From Dendrobates tinctorius (lineage: Eukaryota), in the NCBI RefSeq assembly GCF_039654945.1, contig NW_027361698.1, positions 58,342,001 through 58,406,000 on the forward strand: a DNA stretch of 64,000 nucleotides, in the 5' to 3' direction. Position numbers and translations under genes: made by a program. Within the stretch, counting starts at the first letter, position 1. Every line of letters starts with the position of its first letter. A model generated the notes under the pieces. The model saw only the letters and a program-made list of their open reading frames with translations, did not search any database and was not told the origin of the DNA. Below are positions 1 to 11,575 of the stretch, in pieces.

Positions 1-1270
1 GCTGGACTGTGGTGAGGTGAAGATGTTATGTGAATAAAAACAGCAGGTATCTTCACTTCTGTAACAGCTGACTTTCACTCACTCACTCACTCATTCACCC
101 CTACTGTAGGGGGTAGACAAGTGGAGGTTCTGGGACCCGAGACAAGGTGACAGAAGGTGAAGAAGCAGCAGATGCGGTTGATGGACAGATGGTGGTTGGT
201 AAGATGCGCTAGTCTGCATTTATGCGCAGTGAGGTTCCCAGACTAACATAAGTTATTCATGCATGTGCCAGTTCACGCATGTAGTAATCAAATTATGGCA
301 ATTTTTGCCTCTAATTATTCATTGTTGCAAAGTTATCAGATAACGTTAGTTTGGTCTTCCTTTGTTGTCTCAAAAAAGCCCTAGGCTAGGCTACAATTGC
401 TGCCCCTCAAACTGCAGACTCACGACCGATGCTAGCCACAGCCAGATATGTGGCTGATGATACAGTGCTTATCATGGTTTTATCATTCCGTGTCTGTACG
501 GCAAGCCGAAAAGTAACCTCCTCATCTTTCTCCTACTTCACCTCCACTGCTGAGCTACTCAGTTGTGTGCCTCTGGGTTCACATCAACTGGGATCTACAA
601 CATCATCCTCATCCTCTCTTTTCACCCATTCCATGTCCTGAGAGTGACCCTCCTCCTCTTCCTGCCCTGAGAGCATAGTACAGTCCGTGTGTGCCTCAGG
701 TAACTGAGTCTCATCAGGATCACTTCCACCCCTGAGGGTTAACATCTAGTAACAAGGGTCTGGATTCTGCTCGAACCATCTTTGTCCGAGCCGGGATCCA
801 ACATGACAACATTTTGGGCATCAGTGCAGATGCTTTCCTCTGATGCCTGTGGAATATAATGTGTGAACAGCTCTGCAGACTTGCCCATCTGTGGTTCATT
901 ACAGTCAGTTGGCTGGTAGAGTTTTGACACTGGAGGGAAAGAAGGGTAATTGGGTTGCCACCTCTGAGGATTGTACTGTTTGTAATGTTAAGGTGGAGGA
1001 AGAGGAGAAGAGGCCACTTGATACAGCACTTACTATCCACTGGAGCAAATGCTCTTTCTTACCCTCATCTACAAGCCGTACTGCTTTGCGGCTGCCAAAG
1101 GGAGTCAAGTAGCCCATCCTGCAAAAGATGTTAGTTGCCTTTGGATAGGACAAGATAATATTTGTTCAGTAGAGTTTTCAGTAACATTACCACCTAACTC
1201 ACCTACACGTTGAACATCAAGCCTATTCCCCCTTCCACCACAACCTCGCTTGTTTTGACTCATATTGGAT
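1..1270 (-). pseudogene. Degraded 5' part of a hAT (Ac/ZBED-like) transposase with a BED zinc finger
   Basis: The reverse complement of ~250-390 reads LA*GFFETTKEDQTNVI*..CNN...RGKNCHNLITTCVNWHM, resembling the BED finger at ~41560 (AVWHIFEQNPNDQANVICKKC..SRGKNLTNLNTSCMLKHL). Stops and frameshifts are present. The element runs off the window start and the right boundary is approximate. Confidence 0.6.
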
Positions 1271-1851
1271 GTATTTTTTGCCTCTTTTAAACAGCTGTTT
1301 CTCTACTTAGGCCCAAACTTGTCAGTCACCTGTAACTCATTTAAAAGTCAATATTTAATTGCTAAGATAGTGTGTCCATATTTAGCTGACTGTAAGAAAA
1401 AAGGCTCTGGCATCCGAACACAATTCCGCATTTGAGGTTGGCAATCGTTTTCCGTACAAGCTTGCTTATCTGTATTAGTGAATATATACAGTATTAATGG
1501 ATTAAGGCTACTTTCACACATCAGGTTTTCGGCGTCAGGCGCGATCCGGCGTCGTGCCGGAACGCCGGATCCGGCAAATGTTTCGTAAAACCGGATGTGA
1601 CGGATCCGGTTTTCTGCCGGATCCGTCTTTTTCTTGACAGACAAAACCGGATCCGTCTCATCCGGTTCATCCGTTTTTCTATCCGTTTTTCGACGGATTA
1701 CGCCGGATCCGGTTTTTAAAATTGACCCTTGTGGCCTTCCGAACGGGATTGGCTACTGGAAAACTATATATAGCATGTTCCTACAGCCCTTCTTTGACAG
1801 GTTGTAGAGGAGAAAGTGCAGGTTGGAGAGAAGAGCAAGTTACTGGCGAAG

Positions 1852-3234
1852 ATGGATGTTGTCATTGGAAATATTTTGAAGAATTTGGCGGATTTTATAG
1901 CGGAGGCGAATCGTTTGAGGGTGATTGTTCTGGAGAAGGAGAGAGCGAGACAGCAGCGCATCAGGCATCGTAGACAACGTTTGTGGATCCACCCCATCAC
2001 AGCCAAGAGAATGACGCGTGGGGTTTATTCTACACTCTGCATGGACCTTCGACGAAACCCGGATAAATTTTTTGGATATGTTAGGATGAAAATGGAGAAT
2101 TTTGATTACTTGGTGGAGCGCATTGCACACCTCATAAGAAAAGCGGACACCTATTGCCGCTTCTCTGTTTCACCCGCAGAGCGTCTGATGGTGACTTTAA
2201 GGTAAGCCACATTTATTGGATATGCTCGTATCAGAGCACACTTTCACTGCAATCTTGTTGGTGGTAGTTTGTATCTCCAAGTGTTATAGGTCAGTTTTGG
2301 TATGTAATGCTGTGATTTAAAACTAATTTATTGTTTTTTAATTCCCCACAGATTTCTTGCAACTGGAGAATCCCTTTCGTCACTGCATTTCCAGTACAGA
2401 CTCGGGATTTCCACCATATCTGGAATTGTGAAGTACACATGCCGTGCACTGTGGGACTCCTTAGCTGAAGAGTTTTTACCAGAGCCCACAACAGAGAGGT
2501 GGATTGAAATTGCTGACAAGTTTCAACAGATATGTCAGTTTCCAAACTGCTTGGGCGCTGTGGACGGGAAACATATCCGCATTGTAAAGCCAGCTGGATC
2601 GGGATCGGAATATTTCAATTACAAGAAATATTTTTCAATTGTCCTCATGGCCATCGCTGACGCGGAATACAAATTTATTGCGGTTGATATTGGGGCCTAT
2701 GGCCGCTCCAATGACTCTCAAGTTTTCAAACTGTCTGCCATGGGGCGTAAACTGTATGGAAACACCTTCCAGTTCCCACCACCTAGACCGCTGCCGCAAA
2801 CATCTGGTCCACCTATGCCATTTGTCTGTGTAGGGGATGAAGCCTTCCAGCTGTCAGAACACCTTTTGAAACCGTACTCTAGCAGAGGATTGACAAGACC
2901 AAAACGCATTTTTAATTACCGCCTCACAAGAGCAAGAAGAATGGTTGAATGTACCTTTGGTATTCTGACAGCCAAATGGCGGGTCCTATTGACTGCGATC
3001 AACCTCAAGACAGAAACTGTGGATGAGGTGCTCAAAGCGTGTGTGGTACTCCACAATTTTGTTATCTGCAAGGAACCCATTTCCATTGAGGACACCTCTG
3101 AAGAAACCACCTTGCAAGATTACCATGACATTACCACTAGAAGTTCTGTGACGGTTTCAGTAATGAGGGACAATTTTGCAATATATTTTATGTCACCTCA
3201 AGGCAGAGTACACTGGCAGGATGACAGAGTGTGA
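1852..3234 (+). CDS. Harbinger/HARBI1-family DDE transposase, 2 exons (1852-2201, 2352-3234), 410 aa, intact
   Basis: A GT..AG intron at 2202-2351 joins ...ERLMVTLR to FLATGESLSSLHFQYRLGISTIS. Catalytic motifs GAVDGKH, VGDEAF and RRMVECTFG, then ACVVLHNF. TATA-like TATATATA at ~1766. Confidence 0.93.
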
Positions 3235-3722
3235 AAGATTTGTGCCCTAACCAAACTTGTGTACCTTCTGGACCAACAGTATATACCTTTGCCAACCAAA
3301 GTTGGCTATCTTGTCATGGTCTTACTATTTTTAGCTTTAGGCCACAGGTGTGTACCTGGTTGTGTTTTATGCAAAGTATTTCACCTTTTAACAAAAGTTG
3401 TGTACATTGTTAGGAAATCACCAACAATAAACACAACTTTTTAGGTGAAATACTTTGCTTCAAACACAACCAGGAACACAACTGTGGCAAAAAGCTAAAA
3501 TTTACCCACAGTTATATACCTAGTTTTGAATACCATTTCACCTTTTAAATACCCTGTATTTAACCTTTTTCGCCGCAGAAAGAAATGACAGACAACCAGT
3601 GTAAAATAATTTAACTTTTATTGAAAAATGTTTTTTTTAGTAAACTTTTTTAAAATTTTAATAAACTTGTTTAATAAAGCTTTGAAACCATAAAACTGGT
3701 CATTTTTATTTAAATACACACA

Positions 3723-6516
3723 TTATAAATCTGTGTAGTGTGTGGTGGAAATACTGCTGTAGGGGCTGCGGGACACTTCGACACTGGGAGTGTGGAGAGA
3801 GGACTGGGATCGTGGTGGGGAAGGAACAGTTAGAGGTGAAGGTGTGGAAAAAACTACAGAATGGGTGGACATGTGGGAAGCAGAAGAGGTGGTGGGTGGT
3901 GGAGTGGAGGGTTGGGCAGGGACTGTAGGAGCAGATGATGTTGATGGCAAGTTGTATGGGGAAGGAGTTTGGTACGGGGCAGGTTGCTGGAAGTGGGGAG
4001 ATGTCTGGTACGGGGCAGGTTGCTGGAAGTGGGGAGATGTCTGGTACGGGGCAGGTTGCTGGAAGTGGGGAGATGTCTGGTACTGGGGAGGTTGCTGGTA
4101 CTGGGGAGTTTGCAGGTACTGGGGAGGTTGCTGGTACTGGGGAGGTTGCTGGTACTGGGGAGGTTGCTGGTACTGGGGAAGTTGCTGGTACTGGGGAGGT
4201 TGCTGGTACTGGGGAGGTTGCTGGTGCTGGGGAGGTTGCTGGTGCTGGGGAGGTTGCTGGTGCTGGGGAGGTGGATGGTGCTGGGGAGGTGGATGGTATG
4301 TAATAGGAGGGGGAGGATGGAAAGTGGCTGGAGGGGGTGTAGATGTAATAGGAGGGGGAGGATGGAAAGTGGCTGGAGGGGGTGTAGATGTAATAGGAGG
4401 GGGAGGATGGAAAGTGGCTGGAGGGGGTGCAGGTGGAGGAACTACTGTGGTGGGAGGAGGAGGTTGGGAGGTAACTTGCTGGAGAGCAGCGTGGCATGAA
4501 TGCATTACATGCATCTGCTGGGCAGGAGAGAGCGTTTCCATGCGCTCCACAACAGACCTGAAAAAGGTGTGGTTTGGCGAAGATCTTGCTTCTGAATGCA
4601 TGGTTTGCAGAAGTGTCTTCACCTCCAGAATGCTGGAGTTGATCTGCTGAAAGCCTGCGGAGATTTGCTCTGACAAGACTTTTAGACAGTTCTGGAAAGA
4701 TGCATTCAGATGCAAGAACTCTTGCGCATAACTCTTTTCCTGACCCCTCTGCCGCTGCCGCCCAGTACCCGCAGGTGTACTAGAGGTGGCAGGGGCAGAA
4801 GGGTGGGGTAAAGGGAAAGCGATCTCCTCACCAGCAGCTTCATGTAATGTAGGCGGCCACGATGCTCCTGTGCTGGTGGATGGGACAGATGGGTCGAATG
4901 TGTGGGAAGGCTGGGAAGGTGCAGATGTACCGGGGCGGTCGAAGTGTCCCTCGGTGCCGGTCTCCTCAGGGATCGCCTCAGAAGGGTCCAATCGTGCAGG
5001 CTCCCGAGTGCTGCTCACCGTGCTGTGGAATAAAGAGAAAAAAAAACAATTAAAATACTGACATGGTATGGCCCTGGCTGAAAAAAAAAATTTACATCTA
5101 ACATTTTTTTTCACATGTGGTGTGTAATATTTACCTTCTAGTGACCATTGTTTCCCGGAGGAACGACAGGGCTTCTGCGTACTTGTACTTGCTCCTGCGT
5201 CCTTCAGATCCACTCGGGGCCCGCATCTCTTTATTGAACTCCTTCTTGAAACGATCCCTCACAGACCGCCACCGATCCACAATTCTGTTCCCTGAAACGA
5301 GAAAGGACAAAGTGGTTAGTATACAACATCAGTGTTTCCCAAACTCCAGTCCTCATGGTCCCCAGGGGTCATGTTTTCAGGATTTCCATAGTAAATAGAA
5401 ATCCTGAACACATGATCCGTGGGGACCACGAGGACTGGAGTTCGGGAAACACTGGTTTACATCAAGCAACCGGTACTGTATATACTTACGCTCTTTAATC
5501 TGGGCCCGAATATCGAGGTCCTCCCAGCGGCCCACAAGGAGCGAACAGATTTCCTCCCAGAGTCGTCGGGTAACGATAAGGTCAGCGTGGCGGCGGTCAG
5601 CCATATTCCAGAGTGGCTCCCTTTCTCTGACGAGATCGATGAGGTGGTCCACATCGAGTCCTCCATCCTCACCGTCAGAGTCGGGAGCACGCTGTGAAGG
5701 CTGTTAAAGAAAAAGACAAAAATAACATAATTAGCCTCCACAAAAGAAATGAAATAAAAAGTGCAAAAAAACAAAGCAAAAATATTTATACTTACACGCT
5801 GGTGACCGCCGCGTTGCTGTCGCCGACGACCCTGGGAGGCACTGCGAGGACCTCTTGGCCGAGCACCAGATTGGGAAGACTAGAGAAGAAAACAAAAAAT
5901 GTTATGTCTTTGGATGTAGGCATTTGTTTGCTGTGTGTGGTCTGCAGAACATTGTTTTCTATGTGTTGTGTGTAGTGTGATGTTGTGTTTCTGCGTTTGA
6001 TGCAAAATACTTACCAATTGTGAGCCCACTCCAAGTGTCTGTCCACCCCTTCCTTCTTCTTCTGGGAGCTCCTCTTCATCTTGTGAATCCTGTTTTGAAA
6101 TAAAAGGCAATGAATAGACATATATTACAGAGATGATGGATTTTGGAAATAAAAACTTACCGTCAAACGCTGACGATGCGAGGGAGGGCTCCCAGAAGAT
6201 GATGTGCTGTCTTCCTGGTGGCCACACTCCATGCCTGTGGGTGGTGTTCCACCTGCTGCCATTGCTGCTGCTGCTGCTGCATCTATTGGGCGGCTGTTGA
6301 ATAAAGAGAAACAAAGGGCCAATGAATATCTTGATATTCAATAGCCCTAGTTTGGAGGAATGGGGGATTTGATAATTACCGTCTCTCATCTGCTGCTGGC
6401 CTCCCCTCCTCAGCATGTTCCATTTGCTGCTCCATTTGGGGTGGTGGTGGTGCTGATGGTGCTGCAGTGGTCTCCTGCCTTCTCCTGCTGCGCTTGGTTG
6501 CTTTCTTGGGTGGCAT
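3723..6516 (-). CDS. Harbinger accessory MADF (Myb/SANT-like) + BESS-like protein, 7 exons (6516-6380, 6293-6161, 6089-6015, 5879-5796, 5700-5490, 5291-5135, 5022-3723), 698 aa
   Basis: All six introns are GT..AG with compatible phases; CDS is 2097 nt. It starts MPPKKATKRSRRR (NLS-like). MADF: LIDLVREREPLWN...LWEEIC...RWRSVRDRFKKEF...YKYAEALSFL. BESS-like: NHTFFRSVVERMETLSPAQQMHVMHSCHAALQQV. Pro/Gln repeat tail. TATA box (TATATAAAAG on the minus strand) at ~6548-6557. Confidence 0.88.
3965..4430. repeat. Coding minisatellites (36-, 18- and 45-bp units) in the last exon of the MADF gene
   Basis: Units encode QTSPHFQQPAPY, QQPPQY/H and PPPATFHPPPPITST. Unit numbers differ among the three copies. 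Confidence 0.9.
5330..5454. mobile_element. 125-bp palindromic hAT-type MITE in intron 5 of the MADF gene (also at 19575-19699)
   Basis: CAGTGTTTCCCAAACTCCAGTCCTC ... GAGGACTGGAGTTCGGGAAACACTG fold-back. The 8-bp TSD is only partly retained. Confidence 0.7.
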
Positions 6517-6983
6517 GTTGGGTGTGGCTGTGGGTCCCACTGTCTTGCTTTTATATATGTCTTGTGGGCAGAGCTACTGAGCATGCTCAGACCCAAAAAA
6601 CCGGATCCGGCGCATTGCGGCGCTCATAGGCTTTCATTGTGTGAAAAAGCCGGACGCGCCGGATCCGGCGTGTCCGGCTTTTACGCCGGAGACAAAAAAC
6701 GTTACAGTAGCCGTTTTTTCCAGACGCCGGATCGCGACACATTGCCGGATCCGGCGAAAACCGGATGAAACGCATGGCCATCCGGCGCGATCCGGCGCAA
6801 ATGCAAGTCAATGGGGGGGAAACCGGATCCGGCATTGCATTTCGCCGGATCCAGTTTCTGTCAAAAGCGCCGGATCGCGCCTGACGGCGAAAACCTGATG
6901 TGTGAAAGAGGCCTGTGTCCCAACTTAAGAGCTACAAAAACTTAGAGGGACTATTGGGTGCTACAACTCCTGTAGTTAGTTAC

Positions 6984-8046
6984 AGTCACATGCCCCGTCC
7001 TGTGTGACACAGCCAGCAGGCCGGTATCTACTACAACAGGACACGGCACGTGTAATTGTCCAGTGTGACGCGGCCCGCAGGCCGGTAACTAATACAACCA
7101 GACAAAGGGGATAGGGAAACATTTACAACGGAGGGCCCTGCAATAAGGAACGGGGGACGTGGAGACCTCCTGTACTCCCCTCAGTCAGTGTCCCTAACGC
7201 TCCTAACGTTCCCTATGCCGGTTCCGCACCGGGCGCAGCTCAGGAACCTGTAGCCCTGGCACACCCTACACCTATCCCTAGCTAGGGAGCTGGGTGGCGC
7301 AGGCACTGGCCCCACCGCTGCACTAACACCAACATGAGGAAAAGTGACAAAACAGGGAAACACTTAGCTTTGCTCTGATGCGCTTGCTCCTGGCAACAGA
7401 CCAACACCTGAGTGCATCTTCCTCCACCATGTCCAACACCTGGGTGCAGCTTTACAGCAACAGCGTTCAGCACTGAGTGCCACCTTGGAGCAACAGAGTC
7501 CAGCACCTGAGTGCAGCTGTCCAGCAACTGAGTCCAGCAAACTGAGTGCAGCTCTCAGTAACAGACTCCAGCAAACTGAGTGCAGCTCTATACCATAGCT
7601 GCCATTCCACCAAGCTTTGCAGGAATTCTTCACTGACACCATAGCTGCCACTCCACCATGCTTTACATGAACTCTTCGCTGACACCATAGCTGCCACTCC
7701 AGGACTCTGAATGAGCCACCCTGGACTCTCCTCCAGCTCCCCATTCAGCTCCTTCCTTCACCCAGGCTCGTTGGAAAAGCCCAACAATAATAATATCACC
7801 AACAGTGATTAAGACACCTGATACTCTTTTATAGAGCAATCACACCTGTTACATAATCACGTGCACAAACTAAGGTAACCAGAGTGCAATGACTTTAATG
7901 GCCACCGGGGGGGAAAACTACCTGAAATCACCACAGTGCAATGACCCTAATGGCCACCGGGGGCAAAACCACCTTTGGCACACAGCCAAGGGAAAAAAAG
8001 GTTACTTTGTGCATTTAATCTGTCAGATCTGACCTGGACCATGACA
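6984..8046. mobile_element. Probable solo LTR (Gypsy-type) with internal short tandem repeats
   Basis: (A)GTCACA...TGACA ends, flanks GTTAC/CTTAC, ~1.06 kb, no credible ORF. Confidence 0.45.
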
Positions 8047-9966
8047 CTTACATTGATATTTCTCACTACTCTGCACTTCTCTCCTTATCCTGGTTCAGGT
8101 ACTGAAAAATCCAAAATTTCAGTGAAAGTACTGGAGGAAAATGTATTTTATCTACTGTCAAAGAGGTACAGGAGAGTAAGTCAAATGTAGCATCCACATA
8201 TGAGTATGAGAGTATGTATATCTACTGTATGTAAGAGCACATGTGAGTGCATTTATATATGGATGCTACATTACATCAAATACCTTCTTAAAAAGTAGAC
8301 AGAAATCAATCTTCCATCAGTATTTTCACTTTGTCTTTGGATTCCTGAGCACCACACCCCGGATAAGGAGAACTGTAGGAGATGTCGATGTAATGAGCTG
8401 AGTTGTTGCATACAATGTTCCCTCAGTCTTTGTAGCTCATATATGAAGAGGTTAAAGCACAGGACCCCTAAATTCAATGATCATGTAGTGAAAAAAATAT
8501 TTTGTATAGCACCAAATAATTAGTCACAATTAGCTGGTGTAGTTAGAGGAATTATGGTGACATTTTTGGTTCTAGGAAAACAAAGGAAGTAACCTTTTAT
8601 TTCAGAATTTCCCTGCATCTAACACCAATATTTTACAGTGTGAATAAAGAACCCTTTTAAAGGGGCTATAAAAACTTACACACTACTGTACTTAAGAGAG
8701 AATGAGAGAGAGACCCCTGCTTACCATAAGAGCTTACACGGCACAGAAAAGAGAAAGGTACCTTCTGACCATAAGAACTTACACTCTGTTAGGAGCTGGC
8801 CTTGTTCTAAAGACTATTGGACCAATGCACGTAGAGCAGAATTTGCGACTCTAAGGAATGCAGACTTTTTCCAGGATGGAACAGTTATGCTGATCTTATT
8901 GTTGTGTTTAATTAGAAATTTGCTTGCAGTGTTTTATTAAAGTTTGCTTGCTTTTCAGTTCAGCCCAAAGAATCAATGTTTCCATTCAATCTCAGTAAGC
9001 AGAGGAAGACGTGAAGACGTGCATGCATACATAAGGCCGTCCCAAGATTGGTAATCATATAAGGAAATCATTCTATTACACTGTCAGTGTCTCAGGGGAT
9101 TCAAGCCATTGTTCTCCCAGTCATCAGTCCCATTATGTGGATGTAAGTAGTAGACCCAGAGGAACCATCACCACAGGGGGTCTAACATGCAGTGTCAGAT
9201 CATGGGGATCGGCTGGGGAATGAATGGAAGCAGAGCGCAGACTCATTGATGAGCGGTGACGTCACCGCTAGTTACTGAGCATGTGCTGGCTGCTTCCATT
9301 CATTCTACAGTTGTTTACAGTTGGGAGCAGCTGTGTTAGTAGCGCTCCACCTGTAAACGTATTAACCCCTGAGATGGGTTTACGCCCTGGGACATGACTG
9401 AGCACTGGACAGGTAATGTATATTGTTGCTTTATTATTTTCACCTTTTTTACAGGAGAACGAGGGAGATGCAAAGGAATTAGCAGTGTAATAAAGATTTA
9501 AAAAATGTGTGTGTTGTCTTCTTTCAATAAAATACTTTATTCTCATTTTGTGTGTTTATTTAACCCTTTATTTACTATAGGATTAGTAATGGATATGTGT
9601 TTTATTGACACCTCTCCATTACTAATCTGGGCTTAATGTCACCATACAACAGAAAGATGGCATTAGCCCCTTATTACCCCACTTGCCACCTCTACAGGGC
9701 AAGTGGGAAGAGCCGGGCAAAACTCCAGAATAGGCTCATCTAATAGATGTGCCTTTTCTGGGCAGCTGGGGGCTGCCGTTTTTAGGCTGTGGGGGGGCCA
9801 AGATCAATGGCCCCTTACCAGCCTGAGAATATCAGTCCTCAGCTGTCAGCTTTAGTCAGGTTGGTTGTCAGAAATAGGGGGGACCCCATGCCAGTTTTTT
9901 TAAATATTTATTTAAATAATTAAAAAACAGAGTGGGGACCCCTCTATTATTGAGAACCAACCTTGA

Positions 9967-11566
9967 ATCATAGAATCATAGAATCATAGAATCGTAGAGT
10001 TGGAAGGGACCTCCTGGGCCATCTGGTCTAACCCCCTGCTCAAAGCAGGATTCGCTAAATCATCCCAGTCAGATGTCTGTCCAGCCTCTGTTTGAAGACT
10101 TCCATTGAAGGAGAACTCACCACTTCTCGTGGCAGCCTGTTCCACTCATTGATCACTCTAACTGTCAAAAAGTTTTTTCTAATATCTAATCTGTGTCTCC
10201 TCCCATTCAGTTTCATCCCATTGCTTCTAGTCTTTCCTTGTGCAAATGAGAATAAAGTTGATCCTTCTACAATGTGACAGCCCTTTAGATATTTGTAGAC
10301 AGCTATTAAGTCTCCTCTCAGTCTTCTCTTTTGCAAACTAAACATTCCCAAATCCTGCAACCTTTCCTCATAAGACAGGGTTTGCAGACCGGTCACCATT
10401 CTGGTCGCTCTTTTCTGAACTTGCTCCAGTTTGTTGATGTCTTTTTTAAAATGTGGTGCCCAAAACTGGACACAATATTCCAGATGAGGTCTGACCAAAG
10501 AGGAGTAGAGGGAAATAATGACTTCACGTGATCTAGACTGTATGCTTCTGTTAATACATCCTAGAATTGCATTTGCCTTTTTTGCTGCTGCATCACACTG
10601 TTGACTCATATTCAGTCTGTGATCTATTAGTATACCCAAGTCTTTTTCACATGTGCTGTCACTTAGCCCTATTCCTCCCATTCTATATATGCTTTTTCCA
10701 TTTTTATTGCCCAGATGTAGTACTTTGCATTTCTCCCTGTTAAAAACCATTCTGTTAGTTGCTGCCCACTTCTCCAGTTTATTTAAATCTTTTTGAATCC
10801 TCTCTCTCTCTTCTCTAGTATTAGCTATCCCTCCTACCTTTGTGTCATCAGCAAATTTAATCAGTTTACCCTCAATTCCTTCATCTAAATCGTTGATAAA
10901 GATGTTGAACAATACAGGGCCCAGGACAGAGCCCTGTGGTACCCCACTTGAGACATTCTTCCAACTGGATGTGCAGCCATTTACGACCACTCTTTGGGTC
11001 CGATCACTAAGCCAGTTATGAATCCACCTAACAGTTGCCTTGTCCATTCCATACTTAATCATTTTTTCAATAAGGATTGTATGAGAGACTTTGTCAAATG
11101 CTTTGCTGAAGTCAAGATATACTATATCTACAGCATTTCCTTGATCCACCCAATCAGTGATACCGTCATAGAAGGAAATTAAGTTAGTCTGACATGACTT
11201 ATTAGTTACAAACCCATGCTGACTCTGTTTAATCACTTCATTCTTATCCAGGTATTGACATACATGTTGTTTAATAATTTGTTCAAAGATCTTTCCAGGT
11301 ATAGAAGTCAGACTCACCGGCCTATAGTTACCTGGGTCCACCTTCTTCCCCTTTTTGAAGATAGGAACAACATTTGCTCTTCTCCAGTCTTCTGGCACTT
11401 CTCCTGTTCTCCAAGAATTTTCAAAGATTATAGAGAGGGGTTCAAAAATTTCTTCTGCTATCTCCTTCAGTACTCTGGGGTGTAATTCATCTGGACCTGG
11501 AGACTTGAATTCATTTAGGCTAGCTAAGTGTTTCCTCACTATCTTTCTGTTTATAGATATCCTGGA
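9967..11566 (-). mobile_element. 5'-truncated CR1 LINE
   Basis: (ATTCTATG)n 3' tail at 9967-9995 and TTGA target duplication (9963-9966, 11567-11570). Confidence 0.92.
10055..11539 (-). CDS. CR1 ORF2 reverse transcriptase (C-terminal 494 aa, uninterrupted)
   Basis: Motifs [58 protein letters not shown]. Confidence 0.93.
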   Translation of the reverse strand: MRKHLASLNEFKSPGPDELHPRVLKEIAEEIFEPLSIIFENSWRTGEVPEDWRRANVVPIFKKGKKVDPGNYRPVSLTSIPGKIFEQIIKQHVCQYLDKNEVIKQSQHGFVTNKSCQTNLISFYDGITDWVDQGNAVDIVYLDFSKAFDKVSHTILIEKMIKYGMDKATVRWIHNWLSDRTQRVVVNGCTSSWKNVSSGVPQGSVLGPVLFNIFINDLDEGIEGKLIKFADDTKVGGIANTREERERIQKDLNKLEKWAATNRMVFNREKCKVLHLGNKNGKSIYRMGGIGLSDSTCEKDLGILIDHRLNMSQQCDAAAKKANAILGCINRSIQSRSREVIISLYSSLVRPHLEYCVQFWAPHFKKDINKLEQVQKRATRMVTGLQTLSYEERLQDLGMFSLQKRRLRGDLIAVYKYLKGCHIVEGSTLFSFAQGKTRSNGMKLNGRRHRLDIRKNFLTVRVINEWNRLPREVVSSPSMEVFKQRLDRHLTGMI

Positions 11567-11575
11567 TTGATGAAG

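Larger units (their letters stand above)
1506..6913 (+). mobile_element. PIF/Harbinger DNA transposon copy 1, apparently autonomous (5408 bp)
   Basis: ~46-bp TIRs: GGCTACTTTCACACATCAGGTTTTCGGCGTCAGGCGCGATCCGGCG ... CGCCGGATCGCGCCTGACGGCGAAAACCTGATGTGTGAAAGAGGCC. TAA on the left flank, subterminal CCGGATCCGG arrays, and two convergent genes (transposase and MADF protein). Confidence 0.95.

Noticed and set aside
1852-3234. Host gene HARBI1
   Set aside because: It lies between TIRs in a multicopy element, so it is a transposon gene and not the domesticated locus.
3965-4430. Regular repeats resembling a CRISPR array
   Set aside because: Tandem units without unique spacers, in eukaryotic coding sequence, with no cas genes. 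The same applies to 40696-41085 and 59214-59531.
3790-4650. 286-aa Trp/Gly/Cys-rich plus-strand ORF (and equivalents at 18001 and 22074)
   Set aside because: Antisense shadow of the Pro/Gln coding repeats. It has a non-ATG start, no promoter, and is broken in copy 3.
8959-9050. Possible host exon (TTTTCAG ... GTAATC)
   Set aside because: No recognisable protein similarity and no partner exons.
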